Positions 18,480-27,958 of a stretch of DNA of 64,000 bases are shown piece after piece. Positions within the stretch are counted from its first letter, which is position 1, and the number at the start of each line of letters is the position of its first letter. The notes under the pieces were generated by a model, which was not told the origin of the DNA, ran no database searches, and saw nothing but the letters and a program-made list of their open reading frames with translations. The translations under genes were made by a program, and so were the position numbers. This stretch comes from a candidate division FCPU426 bacterium (GTDB taxonomy: Bacteria; Oederibacteriota; Muellerivitia; Muellerivitales; Muellerivitaceae). The DNA lies in the NCBI GenBank assembly GCA_963771075.1, contig CAVYSE010000003.1, forward strand, positions 320,001 through 384,000, in the 5' to 3' direction.

Positions 18480-19296
18480 TTAAAAACCTTCAGCGACGAT
18501 CTTGATGCTCATGGTGGGTTCGGACTTTCTCCGCTTGTAAACCACGTCTTCCATGTCTTCCAGTACCGGAATCACCGCCTCGCCCGTTCCAATCAGGCTC
18601 AAGTGAGCGGATTTCAGGGTGCCGGGATAGCTGTGCAAACCCGCGAAATGCTTGGGCGACTGGTGGATGTAGGTATAACCCTTGCGGATCGTACCGGCAG
18701 GCGGACTCGATTACGGGTTTCTGGTCGTCCTTGTTCAGGGCCTTGGTGAGCATGGTTTCCAGGCTGTCCTCATCCAGCTTCCTATCCGAGATATCAAAAA
18801 ACACGGTGGAAACGCAGTAGTTCTTTTTGGGGGCCATCCGGAACTTTTTGGAAGCGTCCTGCACGGAATGAAAAAGCTTGTCCGGTTCCTCCTGGTGGGC
18901 CATTTCCTTGCTGACGATCTCGCTCAAATGGGTGGACTTCACCGGCTTTCCGATGCGCTGGTTGGCAGCCTCAAACATCAGCCGGCCGTCCTTTTCGGGG
19001 CTGCAGGTATAGAGCTCGTCAATGAGGGTCTTGGTCTTGGGGTCATACATGAGTACCCGGTGGGATTCGGAAAGAATCCACGAGTATTTCAGCACATCCT
19101 CCGGGCCCACCCGGCCCAGGCCGGGGTAGGGGACGAAATCGAGGATGATGAAGTCGTTTTTCAGGAGGGTTTCGGTGCCGAAATCCAGCAAAGCCATGCA
19201 GCGTTTTTTGACATCTTCCGGGAAGGAGACGTTTTCATAAACCGAGAAGAGCCCCGTGCCCTTGGCGTATTTGGAATCGTCGATAATTTCGGGCAT
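18480..19296 (-). CDS. Hypothetical protein, probable +1 frameshift near 18700
   Basis: ORF 18490..19347; an alternative frame after ...KPVIES reads GTIRKGYTYIHQSPKHF...IKIVAEGF* with host-like codons, stop at 18480. Confidence 0.6.
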
Positions 19297-19411
19297 GGGA
19301 TGTTCGCGTAACCTTGGATGAAGAGTGGACGTGTTTAAGCTTTTCAAAGTGAGTTCATTTTATGTAAATTTTTTTGAAATGCCTAAAAAATTCTTGGACA
19401 AAATGAATTTT

Positions 19412-20020
19412 TTACTTCCGGTTCATCTTCGATTCAAAATATTTTTTTACTCTCGAATGGCAAAAACAATTTACCGTGTGGTCATTCACCATGCCCACCG
19501 CCTGCATATGGGCATAGATCACCGTGGAGCCCAAGAATTTAAAACCCCGTTTTTTCAGGTCTTTAGCCCATAAATCAGCCAAAGGAATCATTGTTGGAAT
19601 GTCTTTGAGGGTCCTGACCTTGTGATCGATCGGCCGGCCCTTGACCCAACCCCACATATAGTTGGAAAAAGAGCCGAATTCCTTTTGTATTTCCATGAAT
19701 CGAACCGCGTTGTTGATGGCCGCCAAGATTTTAGCTTTATTCCTGACGATTCCAGCGTCTTTCACCAACCGGGATACTTCTTTTGATTTGAATCGGGCGA
19801 CTTTTCGGTAATCAAACCGGGCGAAACATTTGCGAAAGTTCTCCCTTTTGTGAAGAACGATACGCCAGGAAAGCCCAGCCTGGAAGGATTCCAGCACGAG
19901 GAACTCGAAAATCTTCCGGTCGTCATGGACGGGCCAGCCCCATTCTTCGTCGTGATAAGTGATCATCAATGGGTCTTCCGTACCAGGCCAAGGGCATCTT
20001 TGAATGGTTTGAGTGTTCAT
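19412..20020 (-). CDS. tag: DNA-3-methyladenine glycosylase I
   Basis: RCPW, YHDEEWG, LESFQAGLSW, LKKRGFKFLG and GMVNDH..C motifs. Confidence 0.97.
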   Translation of the reverse strand: MNTQTIQRCPWPGTEDPLMITYHDEEWGWPVHDDRKIFEFLVLESFQAGLSWRIVLHKRENFRKCFARFDYRKVARFKSKEVSRLVKDAGIVRNKAKILAAINNAVRFMEIQKEFGSFSNYMWGWVKGRPIDHKVRTLKDIPTMIPLADLWAKDLKKRGFKFLGSTVIYAHMQAVGMVNDHTVNCFCHSRVKKYFESKMNRK

Positions 20021-20154
20021 TAGTTGTCCTTCAAGGGTGCTTTAAGTGAAAGCAGAATAACGGGGGTTGGATCAATTACCAATGGGCGAAGTTTAAATGG
20101 CTCCCCATTCCGTATTTTCGAACAATCAAATTCGAGGAAATTAGGGCTTAAAGC

Positions 20155-20550
20155 TTACCGCCCACCAATACACAAATTGTACTTCAATGGCTCAAGCAAT
20201 AGAAAATAGGCAAAAATTAAAGAGCTAATTGCCATAATTAAAAAATAAACCAACGACCTTGTTAAGGTTAAATTACGGGTTATGTAAAGGTAGCCAATAA
20301 TTAAAATGGACCAATGTATTAATGAGGTTTTCCAGCCAGAAATTCCAAAAGGATTTGGAATTCCAAATTTTTGGAAGTTTAATTCACTGTAAACTTGGCC
20401 GTAAGGGTTTGCTATAAATCCCGCAACTAAACCCAGTATTAAAATCCATTGATCCCACTTATCCGACGGATTAAAAGGTATTCCCTGAATGATAAGGAAG
20501 TACCAAATTCCGAATAAAAAAATTAAAGAAAGTAACGGAAAATAAATTAG
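20155..20550 (-). pseudogene. Start-less AT-rich reading frame encoding a multi-TM membrane peptide
   Basis: Manual translation of 131 stop-free codons (LIYFPLLSLIFLFGIWYFLII...YNLCIGGR*), preceded by an in-frame TGA after an A7 run. Confidence 0.45.
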
Positions 20551-20740
20551 TCAGTTTTTTTACCCGAATTACTGTAACTTCCTTTTTGCTTGTGTAATTT
20601 TCCCTGAAGTGTTTACCATGTTTTGGTTGCACACCATCCTTTTTGCGACAGCCATGTACAGGCTTTTTATCTATGGATTTAATAAAAATCAATTTGTTCC
20701 AAATTCTTCAGCTCTTCAGAGATGAGAATGGAAAAGTAAC

Positions 20741-21202
20741 TTGGAAAAAAAGATTTATTATCGAACGGGATGGTTTCTCCTATCCGGGGCGGGTTTCTTT
20801 GTGTTTTTGTACCGCATATTTTTTTCAAGTGAAAAACTTATTTTTATGGATTATTTAGTTACTTTATTTGGTGGATTTATTTTTTCTTTTTCCCTATTTC
20901 ACGCTTTCTATCCAATATTGACCTATGACGAAAACGGGTGTGAAACAAATGTCTTTTTGCGAAGAAGAAAACACTACAAATGGATAGATGTTAAGGTGAT
21001 TTTCCGTGTCTCCTCGGACATAACCTGGATGAATGACAAGAGTGATAAAGGACCGATGTTAGGCGGAAAAATGTTTACGAGACATTACCAAGAACACATT
21101 ACAAGCATTGTTGAATTTGTCCAACGATGTAATCCAAATGCCAAAATCGATCCCTATATTCTTAAAACTATTGAGGAACGAAAGCACAAAAGCAAAGATT
21201 GA
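20741..21202 (+). CDS. AT-rich small membrane protein (two N-terminal TMs plus a soluble domain)
   Basis: 153-aa ORF with two hydrophobic segments; low GC. Confidence 0.6.
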   Translation: MEKKIYYRTGWFLLSGAGFFVFLYRIFFSSEKLIFMDYLVTLFGGFIFSFSLFHAFYPILTYDENGCETNVFLRRRKHYKWIDVKVIFRVSSDITWMNDKSDKGPMLGGKMFTRHYQEHITSIVEFVQRCNPNAKIDPYILKTIEERKHKSKD

Positions 21203-21268
21203 TTAATTTATGGGGATGAAATTCATTTTTTGACAGTTTAAGAAAGAAAGGGGTTCGGAAAAAACGAA

Positions 21269-21970
21269 ATGATTTTTAAAAGTTTTAAAACATATTTTAA
21301 ACCCCTTGTACTAGTTATGGCTCTTCAGCCATTTCCCTCGATGGTCCTTTTGGCCGCCACCGCCGATGAATGGCCCATGTTCAAAAATGACTTGGGGCAT
21401 ACGTCCGTTAATGCTTCCGACAGCCTCCAAGCCCCCTTCTCCCTTCTGTGGAGCAGTTCCTCCGTCATCGGCGCCACCAATTCCGTGGCTTATTCCTCGC
21501 CCGTCATGTGGAACGGCAAAACCTATATCGGCGGTGTGGATGGTACTCTTTACGCTTTCGCTGGGGCGGTCACTACCTCGGCCAACCCGCCTCTTTGGAG
21601 CTTTAAAACCACGGGCCTGATTTACGGGTCGGCGGCGGTCACCAGCCTGGTTTCAGGGGGGGTAACAAATGATTATGTCTATGTGGGCGCTACCGACGGA
21701 AATTTGTACTGTTTGGATTCTATGACATCGCCAGGGAATACCTTCGTATGGACTGCCCCGCTAGGGGGGGCTATCTTTACTTCTCCCCTCATCGTTCCCG
21801 AAGCCTCGGGCACTTTGGTGATCTGCGCTTCCCATTCAGGCATTTTGAATGCCTATAACGCCCTGACCGGTGCTGCGGCCTGGACCGCCCCGGCCACGAT
21901 AACCACCAACTTCCTTTTTTCATCCCCGGCTTATGACGCCACTAATGACCAGGTTCTTGAGCCTTCCTAG
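21269..21970 (+). pseudogene. Secreted PQQ-like beta-propeller (BamB-like) protein, truncated at the transposase inverted repeat
   Basis: Signal peptide, WPMF, repeated SSP..(Y/V)..G..DG.LYA..W blades; stops mid-blade 8 nt before the IR at 21978. Confidence 0.75.
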
Positions 21971-21977
21971 AAACATT

Positions 21978-22975
21978 GGGTCAGGTCTTCATTTTATATT
22001 ACCTATCCGGACCTTGAACCGCGTCTCTCCCTCCATCCGCTTCTTTACCATCGCTATCCGGTTCCCCACTGCCGAATATTTTACACCAAATTTTTCCGCG
22101 ATCTCTTTCAGGCCCAGGTGCGCTCTTTTTCGAAGTAGGTACATACCAACGTCCCTCGCCTCGTTGGCCTTGTGGAACTTAGTCGTGATTTCCTTTTCCT
22201 CAACCTTATATGCTTTCGAGACCTTTTGGATAACATCTTCCGCCGTACGTTTCTCGATCCGATGGTGTTTCATCGGTATTTCCGGGTCTTTCTTATCCAA
22301 CAACCCCTTTAATTTCTCCTTTAGACCCTCACCCCCGTAATAAACCCCACCCTCCATCTTTTCCCATGGCGATTCCTTTTTTCGCAACCCTTCCAATACG
22401 AACTTCCGATAGGCTCTTTGGGCTTGCTTGGATTGCCTGCCAAATTGCCCCAATACCCAATCCACCTCAAACCAAGGTTCTTTCTTCTCGATCCCGGCCG
22501 TCGCCCGATAGCTGCTCCACTTCCATTTCCGGGGATGTTTCACCAACCGCGCTCTTACCGGGTTCAAGACCACATATCGGCACAACTCCAACAAATGGGT
22601 TCCCTTTTCCACGTGGATCGCCTTATAACGGCCTTGAAAGAGATGCCCTACCCGGTTATTCCGTCGATTGAATTTCTGGGTATAAACACCATTCAGGTGC
22701 CGTATGGCCCGTGACAAGTTGGCTTCCGGCGTCTCCACCAACAAGTGGTAATGATTATCCATCAATACCCAGGCATGGCACATCACATGATGATCCTCCA
22801 CGACTTGGGCCAATACCCACAAAAACAATTCCCGGTCCTTATCCGACCGGACAATGTTTTTCCGCTCGTTCCCCCGCGAGGTAACGTGATAAACAGCGCC
22901 TTCATAATGCACTCTAAACGGTCTAGCCATTTGCGGATCTTATCATAAAGATAATATAAAATGAAGACCTGACCC
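21978..22975 (-). mobile_element. Y1/HUH transposase element with perfect 24-bp terminal inverted repeats
   Basis: GGGTCAGGTCTTCATTTTATATTA at 21978-22001 and its exact reverse complement at 22952-22975. Confidence 0.88.
21989..22930 (-). CDS. RAYT/TnpA(REP)-like Y1 HUH transposase with C-terminal DnaA-C-like HTH
   Basis: YHVTSRGN, MDNHYHLL (HUH), GHLFQGRY, YVVLNPVRA and WKWSSY; C-terminal ARDVGMYLLR..LKEIAEKFG..YSAV. Confidence 0.92.
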   Translation of the reverse strand: MARPFRVHYEGAVYHVTSRGNERKNIVRSDKDRELFLWVLAQVVEDHHVMCHAWVLMDNHYHLLVETPEANLSRAIRHLNGVYTQKFNRRNNRVGHLFQGRYKAIHVEKGTHLLELCRYVVLNPVRARLVKHPRKWKWSSYRATAGIEKKEPWFEVDWVLGQFGRQSKQAQRAYRKFVLEGLRKKESPWEKMEGGVYYGGEGLKEKLKGLLDKKDPEIPMKHHRIEKRTAEDVIQKVSKAYKVEEKEITTKFHKANEARDVGMYLLRKRAHLGLKEIAEKFGVKYSAVGNRIAMVKKRMEGETRFKVRIGNIK

Positions 22976-23806
22976 CATTGTTCTTGGAATGGTCTTGTTC
23001 TTTAGTAAAGCCTTAATAAGTGAAAATGTTTTAGTGTTAGTGAATGTCTTCGCACGGCTCATTTCACGGATGTAGGCGAGGGCTACAGCCCCATATTGCT
23101 GACTAGACCCTCCGTGTTCCGTGTATCTCTTTGTGCCGTATTTTTCCAACACTTCTTTGAGGATTTGTATTTTTTCTTCTAATGAGAGAGGACAGGCCTT
23201 GAATTTCACAAGCAAGGCCTCCGGATGGGACAAGCCATATTCTCCAAACTTGGTCACTTGATATTCCGAATTTAGAAATTCTTTCAAGATTTCATCCGAA
23301 ACTTCACACAACTTTTCCTTTTGTTGTGTATCGCGGTAAAGTTCTAACAAATATAGGTAAGCTTCTTCCTTGACCGGAACCGGTTTGGAACCAACAATCA
23401 AGCCTTTCACGCAATCATCCGGAAGTAGAATGATTTTATTCAGGTAGCGTTCCTTCTTTTTCAGTTCGCTTCCTTCTGCTATCTCGAAATAGATCGAGGG
23501 TTTCATTGCCTGGCCTGGGATCATAAAGGGTTCCAGCCAGGGGCGCCTTTTGTATGTCTCTGAAACAGATTCCATAAATTTGTTACTCGGGAATTTTGGA
23601 TTCTTGAATTTATTTAATATTTCGAGAAAGTTCTTTTCGGAACCTGCTTTCACATATTCGACAAAAGCCCGTTCATCGGAATTCAAAGTCGTGTTCTGTG
23701 GTTGGATCAGGACAGTCGGGCTTGGAAGAGGCTGGGTTTGGGAATGAGTCAATGCCATCCCGGAAAATAATAAGATGGCCATAGAAAACAAAATATTTCT
23801 TTTCAT
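22943..23806 (-). CDS. Secreted hypothetical protein whose C-terminus runs into the transposase IR (probably truncated)
   Basis: Signal peptide MKRNILFSMAILLFSGMA; last residues GSGLHFIL are encoded by the IR. Confidence 0.7.
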   Translation of the reverse strand: MKRNILFSMAILLFSGMALTHSQTQPLPSPTVLIQPQNTTLNSDERAFVEYVKAGSEKNFLEILNKFKNPKFPSNKFMESVSETYKRRPWLEPFMIPGQAMKPSIYFEIAEGSELKKKERYLNKIILLPDDCVKGLIVGSKPVPVKEEAYLYLLELYRDTQQKEKLCEVSDEILKEFLNSEYQVTKFGEYGLSHPEALLVKFKACPLSLEEKIQILKEVLEKYGTKRYTEHGGSSQQYGAVALAYIREMSRAKTFTNTKTFSLIKALLKNKTIPRTMGSGLHFILSL

Positions 23807-23932
23807 AAATTTACAACCTCGCAATATCTCTTCAATAAATTGTTTCGACCGAGCAATTGTTGACTTACAAGGCCGTTATTTCACCTCTTTGAAGTTAAAG
23901 GGGTCTTACACGACGAGTCCCCGTCGTGGACA
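23647..23932. repeat. Direct repeat copy 1 (~285 bp: upstream region plus 5' end of the secreted protein gene)
   Basis: Highly similar to 24737-25023 at an offset of about 1090 nt. Confidence 0.9.
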
Positions 23933-23967
23933 GGTTGTTTTGACCAATTAAATCTGAATCCTCGTGC

Positions 23968-24306
23968 TTAAACCTCAGCTAGGTATTTTTCTAAGACTGG
24001 GATTAGTGGGGGAAATTCACGGAAGACAACGCCCAAAACAACACCGTAATCCACGCTCAAATAATCGTGAACAATTTTATGGCGCGTTCCGATGATTTTT
24101 TCCCATGGAATATTGGGGTGGGCAGATTGATAGGCGGGGCTGACATGTCGGGCGGCCTCCCCGAAAGTTTGAACGTAATGAGCCAGAACGATACAAAAGT
24201 CCTCGTCCGATTCGCAGTTTTCTTGTTTTTTACCTTGGATTTTCAGAACGGCTTTTTTGGCCGTATCCAACATGTGACCGATGTAAACCCGGTCATCCCT
24301 CTGCAT
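23968..24306 (-). CDS. HEPN/DUF86 (HepT-like) ribonuclease toxin
   Basis: GEAA, IPWEKIIGTRHKIVHDY (RX4H motif); overlaps the MNT gene. Confidence 0.92.
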   Translation of the reverse strand: MQRDDRVYIGHMLDTAKKAVLKIQGKKQENCESDEDFCIVLAHYVQTFGEAARHVSPAYQSAHPNIPWEKIIGTRHKIVHDYLSVDYGVVLGVVFREFPPLIPVLEKYLAEV

Positions 24307-24592
24307 ATTGGACTTCCGCCGAATTCAGGACTCGTTCCCGCAAGCGTGGATTTAGGTACTTTTCCGTTATCAAATCCACTTCACGCCCAAACAAGCCCGA
24401 CAATTCCTTTTCGATATCGATAACCTCGAAACCAACAATCTGACCCGGTTGGTATTGAACCAGAACGTCCACATCGCTGTCGGGGCTGAAGTCATCCCGC
24501 AAGACCGATCCAAAAAGGGATAGCTTTTGGATGTGGTGTCTTCGGCATATTTCAGCGATTTTTTCTTTATCTATTCGAATTGTAGTTTTCAT
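24293..24592 (-). CDS. Minimal nucleotidyltransferase (MntA-like) antitoxin
   Basis: LFGSVLRDDFSPDSDVDVLV (GS-x10-DxD), GREVDL. Confidence 0.93.
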   Translation of the reverse strand: MKTTIRIDKEKIAEICRRHHIQKLSLFGSVLRDDFSPDSDVDVLVQYQPGQIVGFEVIDIEKELSGLFGREVDLITEKYLNPRLRERVLNSAEVQYAEG

Positions 24593-24725
24593 TTCAATGG
24601 CCTCTTGGGCTGCTCCTCAATGATTAAAGGCATTTTATGCCTGATCCATTAGGGCAACAAGTGCCTGGCAGTTAGTAGCCCTTTGCGATATAACCAGCCC
24701 AGAAGGGGTTGGTTTCCCTTTCAAT

Positions 24726-24896
24726 TTAGGTGTCCACTTTCACATATTCGGCAAATGCCAGTTCATCGGGATTTAATGTTGTGTTCTTTGGTTGAACCAT
24801 GACAGTCGGGCTTGGTAGTGGCTGGGTTTGGGGATGAGTCAATACCATCCCGGAAAATAATAAGATGGCCATAGAAAACATAATGTTTCTTTTCAT
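24726..24896 (-). pseudogene. Truncated paralog of the 22943-23806 secreted protein gene
   Basis: MKRNIMFSMAILLFSGMVLTHPQTQPLPSPTV...EYVKVDT*; similarity stops at TGTCCAC (24731-24737). Confidence 0.85.
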
Positions 24897-25023
24897 AAAT
24901 TTACAACATCGCAATATCTCTTCAATAAATTGCTTCGACCCTAGCAATTGTTGACTCACAAGGCCGTTATTTCACCTCTTTGAAGTTAAAAAGGTCGTCT
25001 ACGACGGGTCCCCATCGTGGACA
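24737..25023. repeat. Direct repeat copy 2
   Basis: Matches 23647-23932, including the terminal ACGAC..GTCCCC.TCGTGGACA hairpin. Confidence 0.9.
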
Positions 25024-25073
25024 ATTTCTTATCGACCGAGCTTGCGAACTCGTCCGGCACACACCGTGGGGCA

Positions 25074-26390
25074 CTACTTCATCATTTTACTCAAGCGTTG
25101 AAGGTCAATCGGACGCGAGCGAACAAGAAGCAGGACGCCTTCTTCGGTAAAGCTTTCCTTCAAAATTTTCATATTCAAACGCAATTCTTTGAAGGCGCCT
25201 TGGGCTTTATAGGGAACGAGAATCTCCTTTTCCATCATGTCTTTCTCGAAAAAATGAATAATACGTTCACTCACGATCTGCATGTCCTCAGGGCTGCGGG
25301 TCGAGGTTAAAACCGCGTCCGGATACTCCGCCCCGAGAACCTTCTTCTGCCATTCGCTCAAGCAGTCGGCTTTATTGAGGAGAAGAAGATAGGGCGTTTT
25401 GTCGGCGCCAATCTCACCTAAGACTTCCCGAACCACCGCGAGCTGGGAACGAAAGTTGCGGTCAGCGGCATCCACCACGTAAAGAAGCAGGGCCGCGCCG
25501 CGGGCCTCCTCCAGCGTGGCGCGGAAGGACGCCACCAGATCGTGTGGAAGCTTGTGGATAAAACCCACTGTATCGGTGATCAGGATTCTCGGCTGGGTCT
25601 CGGGTTGCAGGGCGTGGATCGTCGTATCCAGGGTCGCGAAGAGCTTGTCCTCCACCAGGACGTCGCTGCCGGTCAGCGCCCGCATGAGGGATGATTTTCC
25701 GGCATTCGTGTAGCCCACGAGCGCGGCGCCGAGCAGTTCCGCGCGTTTCATCCGGCGTTGCTCCTCTTCCCTTTGAACCGCTTCTAACTCGCGCCTCAAC
25801 TCCGCCAGGCGGTCGCGGACTTTGCGCTTTTCCGTCTCGATGATGGTTTCCCCGGATCCTCGTCCAGACTGGCGTTCCTTCCCTACCCCCGTATCCCTGA
25901 GACGGGGAGCCTGATAGGTTTGGCGCGCGATATCGACCTGGAGCCGCGCGGCCCGGGTCTTCGCGTGTCGGTTGAAAATATCGATAATCACCCCGGTCCG
26001 ATCGAACACCGGAACCCCCAAAGCCTCTTCGACGTTGCGAATCTGGGACGGGCTCAAATCGCAGTCAAAAGCCACCATCTCCGGTCCTTCGGGAGCCGGG
26101 GCTGTAGCTGGCGGCTGTTGTGGCGCGACCGAGTTCCCCTGGACCCTGTCCCGGTAGCCCTTTCCGCCGGTGAGGTGGGCGAGCTCCCTCAGTTTTCCCT
26201 CACCGATCACAGTGACCCCCGATGTGGTGGGTTTCCGCTGGGACATCGTGCCGACCACCTCGTATCCCAGGGTCGTCACCAGCCGCTCGAGCTCGATCAA
26301 CGATTCCGTCGCTTCGTTATCAGTCACCTTGGGCGTTCTGACCGAAAACAGGAGTGCTTTCGGATGCGTGTTTGTCAGCGGGGATTCCAT
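25074..26390 (-). CDS. hflX: Ribosome-splitting GTPase HflX
   Basis: DRTGVIIDIF, GYTNAGKS, LFATLDTT, DTVGFI and NKAD motifs. Confidence 0.95.
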   Translation of the reverse strand: MESPLTNTHPKALLFSVRTPKVTDNEATESLIELERLVTTLGYEVVGTMSQRKPTTSGVTVIGEGKLRELAHLTGGKGYRDRVQGNSVAPQQPPATAPAPEGPEMVAFDCDLSPSQIRNVEEALGVPVFDRTGVIIDIFNRHAKTRAARLQVDIARQTYQAPRLRDTGVGKERQSGRGSGETIIETEKRKVRDRLAELRRELEAVQREEEQRRMKRAELLGAALVGYTNAGKSSLMRALTGSDVLVEDKLFATLDTTIHALQPETQPRILITDTVGFIHKLPHDLVASFRATLEEARGAALLLYVVDAADRNFRSQLAVVREVLGEIGADKTPYLLLLNKADCLSEWQKKVLGAEYPDAVLTSTRSPEDMQIVSERIIHFFEKDMMEKEILVPYKAQGAFKELRLNMKILKESFTEEGVLLLVRSRPIDLQRLSKMMK

Positions 26391-26537
26391 TTACAGCCTC
26401 GATTGAATTCTATTAACTTTTTTATCTATTCGGTTTACATCCGCAAAGGGGTTAGGTTACCCGCACCGCAGCGGGTAACCGTGACCCGAATCCATTTTCC
26501 TTGTCCAATCCAGGTCCCCATCGTGGACAAAAACCAA

Positions 26538-26927
26538 TCAAAAGAATTGGTGCTGAAGGCCCTTTATCTTTTTGAAATGTTGGTCCTTGGTCCAAAGGGT
26601 TTGATGGTTGGAAGTGGCCAAAGTGGCAATAAGAATGTCGCTCAGTGGAAGCGTAATACCGTGTTTGCGCAAATCGTAGGAAATTCTGCCGGATTCAAAA
26701 TGAACTTCCGCGCTCGCCTCCAGGAAATACAAACCTTTTAGGTTCTCTTCCAGGAATGAAAACTCCTCCAGATCAGCGGCTCCCTGCAAGACCTCGAAAA
26801 CGACGATTCCGCAAGTAGATATGGAACCCCGTTTTAAATGTTTGACGATTTTTTCCCCGGTTTCACTGCCTGGTTTCCGGAAATAATCGATCCAAACGGA
26901 CGTATCGATAAGGATCTCAGCGGGCAT
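26538..26927 (-). CDS. vapC: PIN-domain VapC toxin
   Basis: ILIDTSVWIDY, EVLQG, DILIA and WTKDQHF motifs. Confidence 0.92.
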   Translation of the reverse strand: MPAEILIDTSVWIDYFRKPGSETGEKIVKHLKRGSISTCGIVVFEVLQGAADLEEFSFLEENLKGLYFLEASAEVHFESGRISYDLRKHGITLPLSDILIATLATSNHQTLWTKDQHFKKIKGLQHQFF

Positions 26928-27123
26928 GGAGTTCTAGCTTCCGCAATTCGGTTGAAACGTCTTTCACCCTCAAACGTCCCCTCGCGGAAATAAGGTTATC
27001 CAATCTTCTCCGCCGAACGAAATCTTCGATAGCTGTCTCGATGGCCTGGGTTTTTGAGGCCCATTTTTCCATGGACATGAGTTCTTTGATCAGGTGGTTT
27101 GAAAGTTCGAGGGTCGTTCGCAT
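26917..27123 (-). CDS. vapB: VapB-family antitoxin
   Basis: 68 aa, MRTTLEL...SKTQAIETAIEDF ribbon-helix-helix-like pattern; overlaps vapC. Confidence 0.88.
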   Translation of the reverse strand: MRTTLELSNHLIKELMSMEKWASKTQAIETAIEDFVRRRRLDNLISARGRLRVKDVSTELRKLELHAR

Positions 27124-27133
27124 GGCAGGCTCC

Positions 27134-27160
27134 TTAATGCATAATATTTGTATGCATTAA
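27134..27160. promoter_or_regulatory. Probable vapBC autoregulatory operator
   Basis: Perfect palindrome TTAATGCATA-7 nt-TATGCATTAA starting 10 nt upstream of the vapB start. Confidence 0.7.
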
Positions 27161-27267
27161 TCATATGCATCTGGTAGACAGGGGTCAAGGTTCACTTTGT
27201 TTACGAAGGGTCCCTGTCATGTAGCATGCGCTTGCGCTTAGCTACATGGCCCATCGTGGACAAACCC

Positions 27268-27702
27268 CTACCCGTTTACCGTTGGAAATGCCTTCCCATT
27301 GCCTGCCAGGGTCTTCACTTTGAGGGTATCTTTTTTGGGCATTCGCAGAAAAACGCCAGGACATTTTTTGAAGCTGATCAAGACCCTCGGATAAAACAAA
27401 CTTTGGTATTCTTCGACGATCAGGTCTTCCCAGGGTATGAAAAGGGGCTCATGGCCCAGCCTCAACCAAGGTGTCACTTTCATGGAAAAGCCTGAGTAAT
27501 TCCCTCCCAGAAGAAGGCTAAAGCCATAATTGGCGATTCCCATACCACCCGAGCAAACAATCTCCTCACCCACATAGTGCGTCACATCGGGATAAACCTT
27601 CGCCAGTTTCGACCATCCCCCAGCACGAGAAGCGATGACGCCCGCGCTGGGCAGAGTGATGAGAAAAACGAGAAGGAGGATGGGGATAAAAAATGGGGGC
27701 AT
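27268..27702 (-). CDS. Hypothetical membrane-anchored protein
   Basis: N-terminal TM, GGWSKLA..YP and PLFIPWEDL segments. Confidence 0.75.
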   Translation of the reverse strand: MPPFFIPILLLVFLITLPSAGVIASRAGGWSKLAKVYPDVTHYVGEEIVCSGGMGIANYGFSLLLGGNYSGFSMKVTPWLRLGHEPLFIPWEDLIVEEYQSLFYPRVLISFKKCPGVFLRMPKKDTLKVKTLAGNGKAFPTVNG

Positions 27703-27721
27703 GTATAAATTCCGCGATTCT

Positions 27722-27958
27722 TTATACTTTTTTGAGTAGCTCTAGATAATGCTCCGGGGTCATTTCTGTTTCTCTTAGAATTTCACGAATCAAAGGGCGG
27801 GCAATATCCTGGTTCCCATGATTCGGCAGGGTGGTTGTCTTTCCATCGGAAGCCCTGCGATAAAAAACGTGGCTTCCCTTCTGTCGAACCGGTTCAAACC
27901 CCGCCAATTTCAACAACTTATCCATTGTCCGGAAAGGAACAACGGGCAATCGGCTCAA
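27722..27958 (-). CDS. hicA: HicA-family mRNA interferase toxin
   Basis: GFEPVRQKGSH, TTLPNH and LIREIL motifs. Confidence 0.92.
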   Translation of the reverse strand: MSRLPVVPFRTMDKLLKLAGFEPVRQKGSHVFYRRASDGKTTTLPNHGNQDIARPLIREILRETEMTPEHYLELLKKV

